Shown: positions 39,531-52,254, counted from the stretch's first letter. The stretch: DNA of 64,000 bases from Octopus vulgaris (GCA_951406725.2 OX597832.1:3844001-3908000); one strand, 5' to 3'. Program-made: numbers and translations. The notes: a model not told the origin generated them from the letters alone.

Positions 39531-40027
39531 CAATATTCTTTCATAACAGACAAACCTGACGAAGAACTACAATCAATTATTAAATGAAAATATATTCTGA
39601 AGTATCTATATTTGGCAAGGAAATGTTTTCTTACAGATTTGTGAGATTCACAATTAGTTGTAGTGCAATAGGAAATCCTTACAAATGCTTAAGAAGTAAA
39701 GAATATTTTACTGATAGAAAAAAAAGCATCTTTTAAAACATGGCAAATGTGAATCAAAATACATTTATTCTATTTCTGAAACACCTTCATCAACCTAGGA
39801 AAGTAAAACAAACACACTGACACTCTAACCTTCTAACAAATTTTAAGTTGTCTTTGAAAAGAACTCACACAATCTTTTCAATTCACTTCAAGAGAATCCA
39901 TTCATGCAACCATTAAAAAAACCCAAAAAAAACACACATTATTCTTGCACAGGTTTAGTGATGCAAACAGGAAAAATATAACTCAAAACATTAGTGTGTG
40001 TGTGTGTGTGTGTGTGTTGTGTATATT

Positions 40028-40442
40028 CATTTACTCTTTTACTTGTTTCAGTCATTTGACTGTGGCCATGCTGAAGCACCACTTTTAGTCGAGCAAATCG
40101 ACCCCAGGACTTATTCTTTGTAAGCCTAGTACTTATTCTATCGGTCTCTTTTGCCGAACAGCTAAGTTATGGGGACGTAAACACACCAGCATTGGTTGTC
40201 AAGTGATGTTGGGGGGACAAATACGGACACACAAACATATATACACACACATACATATATATATATATATACATATATACGACGGGCTTCTTTCAATTTC
40301 CGTCTACCAAATCCACTCACAAGGCTTTGGTCAGCCGGAGGCTATAGTAGAAGACACTAGCCTAAGGTGCCACACAGTGGGACTGAACCCAGAACCATGT
40401 GATTCATAAGCAAGCTACTTACCATACAGCCACTCCTATGCC
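40028..40442 (-). mobile_element. SINE family A, full length
   Basis: Colinear with 1040-1456. Confidence 0.88.
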
Positions 40443-41786
40443 TATTATTATATAATATATTTTAATTAATATTTTTTATTTAGTAGTTGCTTCTGCTAAA
40501 TATTAATAAAGAACTTCATTAATCTTGTATAAATATAATGAGAAGAGGCTTGAAACAATTAACAGAATTCTCAGGTCCTCTATTTACGTCTTGGGAATCT
40601 TTAATCCTACACCTGTCACCTAAATCTGACAAAAGAAAAGATTCAGCAGAAAGATGGATCTTTTGCTTGCAACGTTATTATGACTGTTGTAGTAGCATTA
40701 TTATAATTACTATAATTATTATAATTATTGTATAATTATTATCATATTTATTGTAATACCATTATTATGATTTTTATATAATTATTATTACTTGTGCAAG
40801 CAAGATGGCAAGTTAGCAGAACCATTAGCATGCCAGGCAGAATGTGTAGTGACATTTCACCCATCTTTATGTTCAAATTCTAGAGAGGTAGACTTTGCCT
40901 TTTGTCCTTTTGGGATCGATGAAATAAGAACCAGTTATGTACTGGGGATCAAATGTAATCAACTTGTATCCTCCTTCAAAATGTCAGGCCTTGTGCCTAT
41001 AGTAGAGAGGATTGTTACTAATGCAGATGGCATGAAAAATGTACCTGGTATACACTATCAATTAGTTGGCATTAGGAAGGGCAACCAGTCATAGGAACCA
41101 TACTAAAACAGGCACTGGAGCATAATGCAGTCCTTAGACACATTGGATTCTATCAAACCATTCAACCCATATCAGCATGGGACATGACCATTAAATGATG
41201 ATGATGGTGCTGATGATGATGATATAATTAATACTATAATTATTATAGTAATATTGTTATAGTTATTATAGTAACACATATAGCAGAGTTGGTATGTCTT
41301 TTAAATTTCTCGTATTCACTCCACAATATTTGTGCTCATATCAATATAAAAAAAGCCCCAACATTCTAGCATCTCAACACTTGAAATCACTAGGAAAAAA
41401 AAAGGAGCAAAATAAATATTTAAAAAATTCAGATATACCTTTCTTGGGGTTCTGACTTCCAAAGGGGAAAAAAGGTCAAAATTGAAATCGTTTGATTGTC
41501 ACAAATATGTATTCCCTTCAGAAGTTATAACAACACAAATATTTCAGAGAAACGTCAAATTCTTTTATTCTTTTATTGATTTCAGTAATTGAACTGTAGT
41601 CATACTGTGGTACTTCTGATGAAAATTTAACTGAGTATATTGATCAGTATTTATTTCAGCTTGCTACTTATTTTATCAAACCTATTTGTTAAACTGCTAA
41701 GTTACAGAGCATAAAAGGATCTAACGTAAACAACAACACCTGTTTTTAGACTGTGCAAATGTAAACACAAAGACAGACAGACACAT

Positions 41787-41835
<49 letters not shown>

Positions 41836-42722
41836 CTCAAAAATTTATTGCCTGATCTATACTGCAGTCTGTCCATCCAAGAGATCAGACATGGTACTAT
41901 ACTGAATATAAATAAAACAAAACTGGATCAATATCCTGCTGTAATCTTCTGTACAAACATATTAAGTTGAATCTACTAAGATTTCCTTAATCACTTATCA
42001 AACAGAAATGATTAGCTACACTTATACGCTTGAGAATAGAATGGCTTCAACAAATGAAATATTTTCTTCTGACCATCATTATCCCATTAACCAAAGCGAT
42101 TTTTTTTCTTGTAATGCTATGTAATATATGAATAAGTTATTAGTTTACCAGTCTACTATTATAGCCTTAATTTGACTAATGCTTTGTGAGTGGAATTTGG
42201 GATTTATGTCTGTGTGTGTGTCTGTGTGTTTGCATCCATGTTTCTGTTTACACAGTCTAAAAACTAATAAAGTGGAAAAGAATGTATGTTTAGAAAATAC
42301 TAAACTATATGCGATATACGTTTAGGAAATGCTAAGCTGAGATATTTCATGACTAGACAGCTGATGCCACTAAATTCTTTCTTCTTTCTGCTGTTTAATT
42401 CCCAAACACATATTAGCTGAAAGATTAAGAAGACTGCATTTTTCACATCTCAATCATGGAATATATACATTGATATTTGCAAACGGTATTTCTATTGCAC
42501 TAGTGGTCAATTTACATTTATGACAGTCTACATAGCTGGTAGATCTTACTTCTGAAGAGATTCATTGATGCTCACAAAAATAGCCTGATTTAAAATAGTA
42601 ATAATAGTGACAATAATACAAACCTGTCTAAGACTTGCCATACTGAAAAACGGATGTTAAAATTTTCTCTAAGAGAGAGAAATATGCAAGGATCATGAAA
42701 GAATAATTTATTTACATTTTAC

Positions 42723-42867
42723 CTTCTGAATTGAATGCCAATTCTTCTTCAGACACTTTTTGTAGATATCTCTCAAAGTATAGCTGCCAAGATAACAAGA
42801 AATCAACCCATGATTTAGTATCAACAGTCCAGCCAAATTCTGGCAACTTACCAACATTGGAATTTAT
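42723..42867 (-). CDS. Candidate host exon, unknown product
   Basis: Open frame INSNVGKLPEFGWTVDTKSWVDFLLSWQLYFERYLQKVSEEELAFNSE ending at an AAG|GTAAAA donor. The acceptor is weak. Confidence 0.25.
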
Positions 42868-44779
42868 CTATCTTCCTTGGAAACAAAAAGATTAAGTTTG
42901 CTTTATATTTTCATATACATTTCCTGATATATCAATAAAGTTCATGCTAATTTGAGACATATAATAATTGGTTCTAAAACTCCTATCTGAGAACCATCTA
43001 GTTATGTTATGGAATCTGGCTAATTCTGAGTGATTGCCTGGCAGAATATGCTATGCCTACTGTAACTTGATTATGTTTTATGCTAACAGATGATTTGTAG
43101 TCCATTATCACTTACAAATTTTAAGAAATATTATGTGAATGCTTAAAACAATACTTAAAAGATTTTGCTGGATTTTGCTGGATTTGAAATGTTACCACTT
43201 CTTTCTTCTGGGTTCAATAAAAAAAATTACACTAATGCAATGTTAAAGATAGTAGAACAGCAGAAATAGGAGAGCACTAAGTAAATTGCCCTCAAGTATT
43301 TAGTTTTATCTCTTTATGTTCTGAGTTTAGAGCCTGTGGTTGGCAACAGGACATTTCCTCTCTAGTGGGAGGCTTATTTTATTAAATAAAGATAAACCCT
43401 AGACAAGTACTGGGTTGCTTTAGCTGCCATTATCTAACCCCTGCTGATTTGTAGTTTTATAAGAAATCCACATTATGAAATATGATAAGTTGATCATATC
43501 TAAAATTAAGAGTCACAGCTAAGATGGAGACAATGGCTGAGAGACACTAACATAGCTAAACAGGTGAGGACAGTAGTCAGACCTGGTTGACATTTTTTAT
43601 TTTTTTAATGTACCACTTAATAAATGTATTATGCTGTATTTTTCATATGGTAGGAGGACAAACTTACTAACCACTCTGGGCAGCCCGGATTCTAGCTATA
43701 TGATAGTTGACAAGCAATGTCTGTTATGTCTTGCTATCCTCATTTGGTACAATATATCGATATATCACATAGTTTAGTATATTATTGTTGTTTGGTAGCA
43801 TAATTAAGTATGATTAACTCATGACAGAAAGGAAAAGTAAGATAAGGCACTATCATATTAACAGTGTGTTGATTCTAAGATGATTTTAAAGTTAACTAAA
43901 CCCTTAGTGTTTATTTGTTTTAAAGGTTGGCACAAAGGCAGTAATTTTGTGGGGAGGGGCTTAGTCAATTACATTATTGGCCCCAGTGTTCAACTGATCC
44001 TTATTTTATTGACCCTGAAAGGATAAAAGGCAAAGTTAACGCCAGTAGAATTTGAACTCAAAACAAAAAGACGGATGAAATGCTGCCAAGCATTTTACCT
44101 GGCATGCTAAGGGTTCTACCAAGTCACCACTTTAAAACTTACTGTAATCATTGAGACTCAGAATTACACAAGAAACTAATTACTCATTTACTATAATGTC
44201 AATTACAGTCCTTGACTATCAAATAAACTTCTAATCATGTTGTGTAGATGCCCCCAGATGATGAAGTAGGCTAACCCAATACTTAGATATAGAAGGAGAA
44301 GCCTAGACGTCGACAGAGAGTAGCATACTAGAACAGAGTGGTAGAGTATAGTTGAGTAGAGGTCATCCGAACATGTGCCATAACAAATCCCAAACAAAGA
44401 ATTGAGATACTATGTATAGTGCTATGATATAATGTGATGAAGTGGTGGAGTTTTCCTAACTCCTATCAGTTTCAAATTTTGGCACAAGGCCAGCAATTCT
44501 GGAATGGAGATAAGTCAACTACATCAACCCCAGTGCTCAACTGGTACTTATTTTAACGACCTCAAAAGGATGAAATACAAAGTCAACCATGGCAGAATTT
44601 GAACACAGAACATAAACAAATGAAATGCCACTAAGCACTTTGCCTAGCATGCTAACTATTCTGCCAGCTCACTGCCTTTTTCCCAAAAAGAAGTCAACAT
44701 TGAACTTAATTATTTTTGTCAGTGGCTACAAAACTCTAGCTTAGAAGGATCATAAACATTTTATGTCACAGTGTACAGT

Positions 44780-45010
44780 AATTTCTGTTGAATTATGTGC
44801 CAACAGTTTTTGGAAAATAATTGAGCAAAAATATCATGAGATTTTATATCCAAACAAGCTGGGGCATAGAACACAAAAGATCTGATATTGTGGCTGTTGG
44901 CTAAGATGCAAATGTTTTATAATTGACATTGCTACACCTGGAGATCACAATATTGTTACATAGCAATTTGAAAAGAACAAAAAAACCTCATAAATATTCT
45001 GAACTAGAAC
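44780..45010 (+). mobile_element. Very degraded R4/Dong-like restriction-like endonuclease (RLE) fragment
   Basis: IEHKRSDIV...IIDIATPGDHNIV...KYSEL. Confidence 0.6.
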
Positions 45011-45589
45011 TCTTAGATATATCAAAGAGAAGTGTGTTATAAGCTGGTAAACTTAGCAAACTACTTTCAGAAGTTTTCAAGTTCAATACAATGATATATT
45101 ATCTTTGTTTTTTTATTTGTCAACTTCTTTACTGTGTATAACAAACATATTGCTCACCCTTTATGTTCCAAGTTCAAATCATATCAAAGTCAACCTTACT
45201 CTGCATCTTTCATGACTGTTAAAATAAAATACCAGTCAATTACTGGGGTTGGTGGAATTGACTAAACCCGTCCTCACAAAAGTGCTTGCCTTGTGTCTAA
45301 ATCAGAAATCATTATTATTGTTTTTATTATTATTATTATTATATATTTGTTGTGCAAGATTTTTTATGTGAAGTCGTGTGTTAAAACAGATATTGTTATA
45401 TTTCGGAATGGTCATTTTGCCAGTTTATCCAATAAAAACACACGCACTATATATTTGGTGTTACTTTGCTTCAGCGTTATTTATTTTTTACATTAATCTT
45501 AATCTTATTCCGGCCAGAGTTCTTTCGTCACACTCCTGATACTGTCACAGAAGTGTGACGAAAGAACTCTGGCCGAAATAAGATTAAGA

Positions 45590-45626
<37 letters not shown>

Positions 45627-45652
45627 GTTATTTATTATTATTATTATTATTA

Positions 45653-45717
<65 letters not shown>

Positions 45718-45719
<2 letters not shown>

Positions 45720-46140
45720 CTTCGTAACACAGTGTAGGTAAAAATGCACCAGAGTCTTTAGTTATCTGTCAAGTCACAACAAGGACCTCAGACAGATAAT
45801 ACTTTCCTTAAGATGTGTGCTGTGCCCAATAAGGCTGCTTTTTGCAAGACATCAATCTTGCATGGGATTTTCAGTAACCTTAAGAAGTCTTGAAGTTTCA
45901 ATGGGATTGAGCCCAATGCTCTGATCACCATTAGTATTGCTTTTACTGCCATTTCCACTTCCAATTCGGAGCACTTGGTGATTTTTTTCAACCTCTTTAC
46001 TCACTACATTCAAGTCATTTGGTATGGCTACATCAATGTATTTGTCTCTCTTACTCAATATGACAATATCCGGCTGATGGTGTTCAATTATACGCTCTGT
46101 CTAAAAATCATAGTCCCAGAATAATGTTACTTTTCCATCC
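45718..46140 (-). mobile_element. R4/Dong-like LINE 3' fragment in (ATT)n
   Basis: LLWDYDF, EHHQPDIV, IDVAIPND and LQKAALLGTAHILRKVL, flanked by ATT arrays. Confidence 0.85.
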
Positions 46141-46194
<54 letters not shown>

Positions 46195-46195
46195 C

Positions 46196-47495
46196 ATTCA
46201 GTGGGGTTTTTTTTTATATCGTGCTTTCACTTCACTACCGAGCGCAGCTCTGTGTGCCTTGGGTACGTGCTGTGTTTTGTTGTGATGCTCTGATGGTTAC
46301 TGTATTGAAAGTGTTTTGCGTAGGATGTGGGCAGTGCCCAGTGGTGCAATTTTCTGTACGTTATATGTGTTTGTAAGTCCTGGTGTTTCCATTATGTATT
46401 TGTCTGAATATTTTTTTATCATGCCTAATGCACCTACTATGATAGGAATTGTTTCTGTTTTTAGATTCCACATTCGAGTTACCTCCATTTCCAGGTCTTT
46501 GTATTTTGAAAGTTTCTCCATTTCTTTTAGAGACACATTGTCATCTGCTGGTATTGATACATCAATTAGAAAGCATTTTTTTTCTTCAGGATCTCTGACA
46601 ACTATATCTGGTCTGTTGGCTCTAATTTCTCTTTGTGTATGTATTGGCATATCCCAGAGTATGGTTGCTTTCTCGTTTTCTGTGACCTTTTCTGGGGTGT
46701 GCCTATACCATCTTTTTTCTGTTGTTATTCCATAATGTTGTCATTGCTTCCAGTGTATGAAGGTCCCAACTCTGTCGTGTCTGTGAATATATTCCTTCTT
46801 AGCCAGCTGCAGAGATAATATGATTTATTGTTTCTTGTCCATCTCCACATATTCTGCAGTTACTTGTTATATTTCTTTTCATTATATGTTTTAGGTAATT
46901 TCTGGTGGGGAGGCTTAGGTCTTGTGCTGCAATTAAAAATCCCTCTGCCTCTGCTTTGAGTCCTGAGCTTCTCAACCATTGCTGGGATTTTTCTATGTCT
47001 ATTTCTTTTGCATTTAGTTTAGTCCAGTATTTGCCATGAAGGGGCTTTTCTTGCCATCGTTTTATCATGGTCCGTTGCTGTTCTAGTTTTAGTTTGGATT
47101 TCATTTGTTTTATAGCTTTTGTTGTTTCTTCTTCTTCTTCTTCTTCTTCTTCTTCTTCATATTTGTTAGGTGGTATGATTTCTTGTTTGTATTTGTCAGC
47201 TTCCTTAAATACTGAGAACAGTTTTTTGTTTTGCTCTTATTTTGCCACTATTTGTATCAGTTTTCCTTCCTTCTGAAGTAGATATTTTTGCAGTCCTATG
47301 GTGGTTATTTCATAATGGTTTTCCAGCTGTTTAAGGCCTCTACCACCTTCTATACGTTGTATATATAGCCTTTCTATGTCAGATTTTGGGTGATGCATCC
47401 TGTCATTATTTTTCTTGTTTTCCTGACTATTTTGGTTGGTTCATTTAGTGTCCAGTTAAGGATATTGTAGCTGTAACTTATAAATGGGACAGCTA

Positions 47496-47496
<1 letters not shown>
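46196..47496 (-). mobile_element. R4/Dong-like LINE (RT end, CCHC, RLE) in (ATT)n
   Basis: WQEKPLHGKY, AAQD, CRICG..ETINHI, RANRPDIV, IDVSIP and EKLSKYKDL, with ATT arrays on both sides. Confidence 0.9.
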
Positions 47497-47539
<43 letters not shown>

Positions 47540-47564
47540 CATCATTATCATTATTATTATTATT

Positions 47565-47951
47565 GAGTGAGAGAGCAGTTCATGCCATCAAAGTGACACT
47601 GGGGTAAAATATACGAAGCCCAATATACCCATCATGACTACCCGTCTGATAAGGGTACACCAGGCACATGCATCACAACCATATGTGCGCGACATGGTGA
47701 TCTCATATCAAGATAAACAGCACATGACCTTGCAGGTGGGGCCCAGTTAGAATTTTCTTCAGGTTGAGTAGCCCATCCTGCTCAAAAGGTCCCTGAATAA
47801 GGGTTGTTTAAGGATGTTGAAAGAACCACCCATGTTTCCAGAGGTGAATTATTCAAACCCCAAAGAATCCCTCTCAACACATGGCTATGATGCTCCCCAA
47901 CTACTTCTGCTCGTGATCAGAGATGCACATATTGTCAGCCACTAAGGGACA
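47565..47951 (-). mobile_element. Second copy of the (AAT)n-associated repeat at 11992-12389
   Basis: Reverse-complement identity, e.g. CATGCCATCAAAGTGACACTGGGGTAAAATATACGAAGCCC. Confidence 0.75.
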
Positions 47952-48592
47952 TTTATTATTATTATTAAAGTGGAAAGCTGCAGAAACATTAGCATGCCAG
48001 ACAAAATCCTTTACAATATTTTGTTTGTCTTGTATGATACAGTGTACTGCAATTTCTGTTGAAATATCTACCAAAGAATATAAGAAGTGGTACCAATATG
48101 TATATCTTAGACATTGTTGTGTTTTGTTGTGAGGCATACTTGCTTCTGGTAGCTATTTTGTAAGTGAAAAGTATTGTATGGAAATCTAATTTTAAAAGTT
48201 TGTGAAACAAGCCTATCATTGCTGTTGCCTACCTTCCTGTATCAAGATATTTATAGTTTTTCAAGGATATGTAGTTTTTTTTATAATTACTGCAAAGAAA
48301 ATTTCATTTGGTAATGCTTGAATAAAATGCTTTAAAGTGAGAAGCAGAACCATCTTCAAAATGAAAGAGTCAAATATAATGTTGCTAATAATAATAATCT
48401 TTTCTATTATAATCACAAGACCTAAAATTTTGGGGAAGGGCTTAGTCAATTACATCACCCTCGGTGCTCAGCTGGCACTTATTGTATCAACTATGAAAGG
48501 ATGAAAGGCAAAGTTGAACTCAGGACATAAAGTTAAATGAACTGTCACTAAGTATTTTGTGGACATTCTAATGATTCTGCCAGCTTGCTGCC

Positions 48593-48647
<55 letters not shown>

Positions 48648-49076
48648 CAACAACAACCTTCTCTACTGAAAGCACAAAACCTGAAATTTTGTGGGAGGGG
48701 ACCAGTCAATTACATTGACCCCAGTATTTCACTGGTACTTAATTTGTTGACCCTGAAAGGATGAAAGGTAAAGTCAGACTTGATAGAATTTGAACTCAGA
48801 ATGTGAAGACAGACGAAATATCACTAAACATTTTGCCCAGCATGCTAACAATGCTGCCAACTCACGACCTTAATAATATGAAAATTCCTTTCCATTAAGA
48901 ATGAAATGTCTGATTTTCTCATGCACCAAGTTTGGCAATCATTAACTCTAATGTTTTATCCTGACAAGTTTTTGTTTTACAACATTGAAGAGTTACATCA
49001 TCACTTTCAAAAATGTAATTCATGGTGTCTGATTATATTGTGAGTTTTCCCTTGTAAATATATTTTCATGAACCCA

Positions 49077-49205
49077 TGGATAGATAAAAAATTTGTGTTG
49101 TTTATGAATATGAGTTCCATCATGGAACCAATGCATCCCAGACAGCTCAAAACCCCAATGAGGTGTTTGGTGAAGATGAGCGCACTGTATGTCAATGGTT
49201 TAAAG
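49077..49205 (+). mobile_element. mariner N-terminal HTH fragment
   Basis: An alternative frame reads YEYEFHHGTNASQTAQNPNEVFGEDERTVCQWFK. Confidence 0.7.
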
Positions 49206-49269
49206 AAAGAAAGAAAGAAAAAAAGAATGAAAGAAAGAGATATTGAGGAAGAGTGTCCACCCATGTATC

Positions 49270-49655
49270 ATGTGTTTCTTCATCTCACCACTAATATAAG
49301 AGTGCAAAACTGTTTCAGCAATAATGAAACCACCTCTCAAGCTCAACTGGCGTATCATTCTGTTTGGTTATTGCAAATTGGTGATGGAAGAATCCCCAAC
49401 ATTCAAAGACAATTATATGATGATGTAATAGTGATTCCTCAGCAATTTCAAGTGAACAGCAAGGAGGATTTGATCAACCATGTCTATGAAGATTTAGAGG
49501 TTAATTTTAACCTTTAAGTATTTGCATAAATAAGAATATGTAAATATATTATCCGATTATATCTTTTGTGTATTTCTCAAACAATAGTTGAATTAAATTG
49601 AAATGTTATTCTAATCATAGCATTGTTTTTACCTTATTGACGGGTCATGTCCTAG
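49270..49655 (+). mobile_element. Helitron remnant (Pif1-like helicase fragment and possible 3' CTAG end)
   Basis: HLTTNIRV...WLLQIGDG...VIPQQF...DLINHVY, followed by GACGGGTCATGTCCTAG|T at 49655. Confidence 0.7.
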
Positions 49656-50092
49656 TAATAATAATAATTCTTTCTACTATAGGCAGAAGGCCTGAAATTT
49701 GGGGGAGGGGACTAGTCGATTATATCAACCCAAGTGTTTCACTGGTACTTAATTTATTGACCTCAAGAGGATGAAAGGCAAAGTTGACCTCACCTTTCAT
49801 CCTTTCAGAGTTGATAAATTAAGTACCAGTCAAGTACAGGAGTCAATGTGATTGTCTATCCCCCTCCCACAAATTTCAGGCTTTTTGCCTTAATAATAGT
49901 AATAATGGTTTCAAATTTCGGTATAAGGCCAGCATATTTTGGAGAGGGTCTAAGTTGATTAAATCAACTCCAGTGTTCAACTGGTATTTAGTAGATATGT
50001 ACAGGGACTGATTTATTCTATTAAAATTCCTCAAGACAGTGCCCCAGCATGGCTGCAGTCTAATGACTGAAACATATAAAAGGTAAGAGATT

Positions 50093-50133
<41 letters not shown>

Positions 50134-50297
50134 TGACGTATTTTTGCCATTTCAATATGGCTAACCCCTAAGGGTGGATGCTACTGTAGTTTTTAGCCCC
50201 AGGAGGACACACTCCTCCAGCTGGCCATAGACACACTATCTGTGTCCTGTCAGTATTTGCAAAGGGAAGTCATCCTTCCCGTCTTCAACTTATGATA

Positions 50298-50342
50298 CAC
50301 ACGGACTCGAGTTTCGAGGTATTGACCTCTCGTCAGCGTGTG
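50298..50342 (-). ncRNA. Type I hammerhead ribozyme (minimal, palindromic stem III)
   Basis: Minus strand CACACG-CTGACGA-GAGGT-CAAT-ACCTC-GAAA-CTCGAG-TC-CGTGTG has a perfect core, stems I and II and a GUC cleavage site. Confidence 0.9.
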
Positions 50343-50650
50343 ACAATCATAGTTGTCGCCGAGAATTAGATTTCCTTCACAAATACTTATACTTTTTCCA
50401 GCGCCCACTGTCGCTGATATTGAAAAAGTGAAATCAAACAATGATAAATATCAAAGTGAGTTATATACAGTAGCGGTAACACATCGTGACGTATTTTTGC
50501 CATTTCAATATGGCTAACCCCTAAGGGTGGATGCTACTGTAGTTTTTAGCCCCAGGAGGACACACTCCTCCAGCTGGCCATAGACACACTATCTGTGTCC
50601 TGTCAGTATTTGCAAAGGGAAGTCATCCTTCCCGTCTTCAACTTATGATA

Positions 50651-50695
50651 CACACGGACTCGAGTTTCGAGGTATTGACCTCTCGTCAGCGTGTG
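50651..50695 (-). ncRNA. Type I hammerhead ribozyme, second tandem copy
   Basis: Identical to 50298-50342. Confidence 0.9.
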
Positions 50696-50982
50696 ACAAT
50701 CATAGTTGTCGCCGAGAATTAGATTTATCTAAATCTAATTCTCGGCGACAACTATGATTGTTGAAGACGGGAAGGATGACTTCCCTTTGCAAATACTGAC
50801 AGGACACAGATAGTGTGTCTATGGCCAGCTGGAGGAGTGTGTCCTCCTGGGGCTAAAAACTACAGTAGCATCCACCCTTAGGGGTTAGCCATATTGAAAT
50901 GGCAAAAATACGTCACGATGTGTTACCGCTACTGTATATAACTCACTTTGATATTTATCATTGTTATATATATATATATATA

Positions 50983-51016
<34 letters not shown>

Positions 51017-51050
51017 CATATATATATGTATGTGTGTGTGTGTATGCATA

Positions 51051-51089
<39 letters not shown>

Positions 51090-52209
51090 ATCTTTATAGA
51101 ATTTCAGATCTCCTGAACACTTCTGGCATGTCTAACTTTGTATGATTTAGCAGCCTTCAGTTGGACATCAATATAAGCTAAATTTAACTCCACTTAAAAC
51201 ATACATTATTTACAAACTTCCTAGAACAAAAGAATCTGAGATATTTGAGATAGAAAGAAAACAAAAGATTTACTTGTGTATCTTACACAAATGAATACTT
51301 GAAGATGTTTATTGCACAGTGGAAAATCAACAAGTGTAAACATTGAAGTCTGCGGAAGAGATTTTTATATAACACTGGTAAAACCTTTCCAAATTTAGTA
51401 AAATTTCACATAAATAAAAAATAAAAATTTAGCTCAATTAGAAACAGGGGAAGAATGCAATATGCCAACCAAGGCTTTTATTTCATCAATTACAAACAGT
51501 GCTATTAATACCTGCCATTTTAGAATGCATGAAATAAGGTTAGCTTAATCTAGAGACCTGACATATTAATCTCCTCAAGCTCCAAACAATGGTGAAAAAA
51601 GAAATCTTTTAAGAATGCACAAGAAAATTAAGAAACTGAAATGAGAACTAAATTACATGTTTGATCTAAATGTTTAAATGTAACGTAGCATGTATGCATA
51701 CATGAGCATGAAATGTATGTGACGCTCTGTGTGTGTGTGTGTGTGATGGGGAGGGTCATGTAGGTTTGATGAGCTTCAGTGTGATGTGGTGGCTCAGTCA
51801 TTTCATTTGGTTTCTCAGCAGTACCTCTCTCTCTCCCCTCCTTCTCTCTCCACACACACACACACAGATATATACATATATAAATATATATATATCTATA
51901 TACACACATGCACACGTGTATGTGTGTGTGTGTGTAAGTGTGTGTAGAGTTAAATATATATTATATATATGTATATATATATATATATATATAAAACAAT
52001 AATAAATCTCTGAACGAGATATAAACAGTAACCGCTCGACAACGTAAGGGGTATCAGCCATCTGAATGTGGCTAGCCACTGGGGGGGGGGGGGTTACTGA
52101 TGCTTTTAGCCCCAGGCGATCAACATCACCAGAAGGACTTTAGATACTATCTCAGTGTCCTTGTGTTACTTGCAAAGGGAGGTCATCCTCCCTCAAAGAC
52201 CCAGTACTA

Positions 52210-52254
52210 CATACGGACTATAGTTTCAAGGTAATTGCCTCTCGTCAACGCATG
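52210..52254 (-). ncRNA. Hammerhead motif, UUGACGA core variant
   Basis: CATGCG-TTGACGA-GAGG-CAATTA-CCTT-GAAA-CTATAG-TC-CGTATG. Confidence 0.75.

Larger units (their letters stand above)
50132..50964. mobile_element. Retrozyme-like or PLE-derived non-coding element: ~1.7 tandem 353-bp monomers plus an inverted partial monomer, in (TA)n
   Basis: Direct repeat with period 353 (50132 and 50485), inversion point near 50728, and TA arrays on both sides. Confidence 0.85.

Noticed and set aside
49068-49517. 149-aa ORF as a novel gene
   Set aside because: It is a chance fusion of an out-of-frame mariner fragment, an A-rich tract and a Helitron helicase fragment.
50772-50820. ATGAC...AAA as a SECIS element
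   Set aside because: No complementary helix or GA quartet partner is present. The ATGA lies in the loop of a different hairpin.
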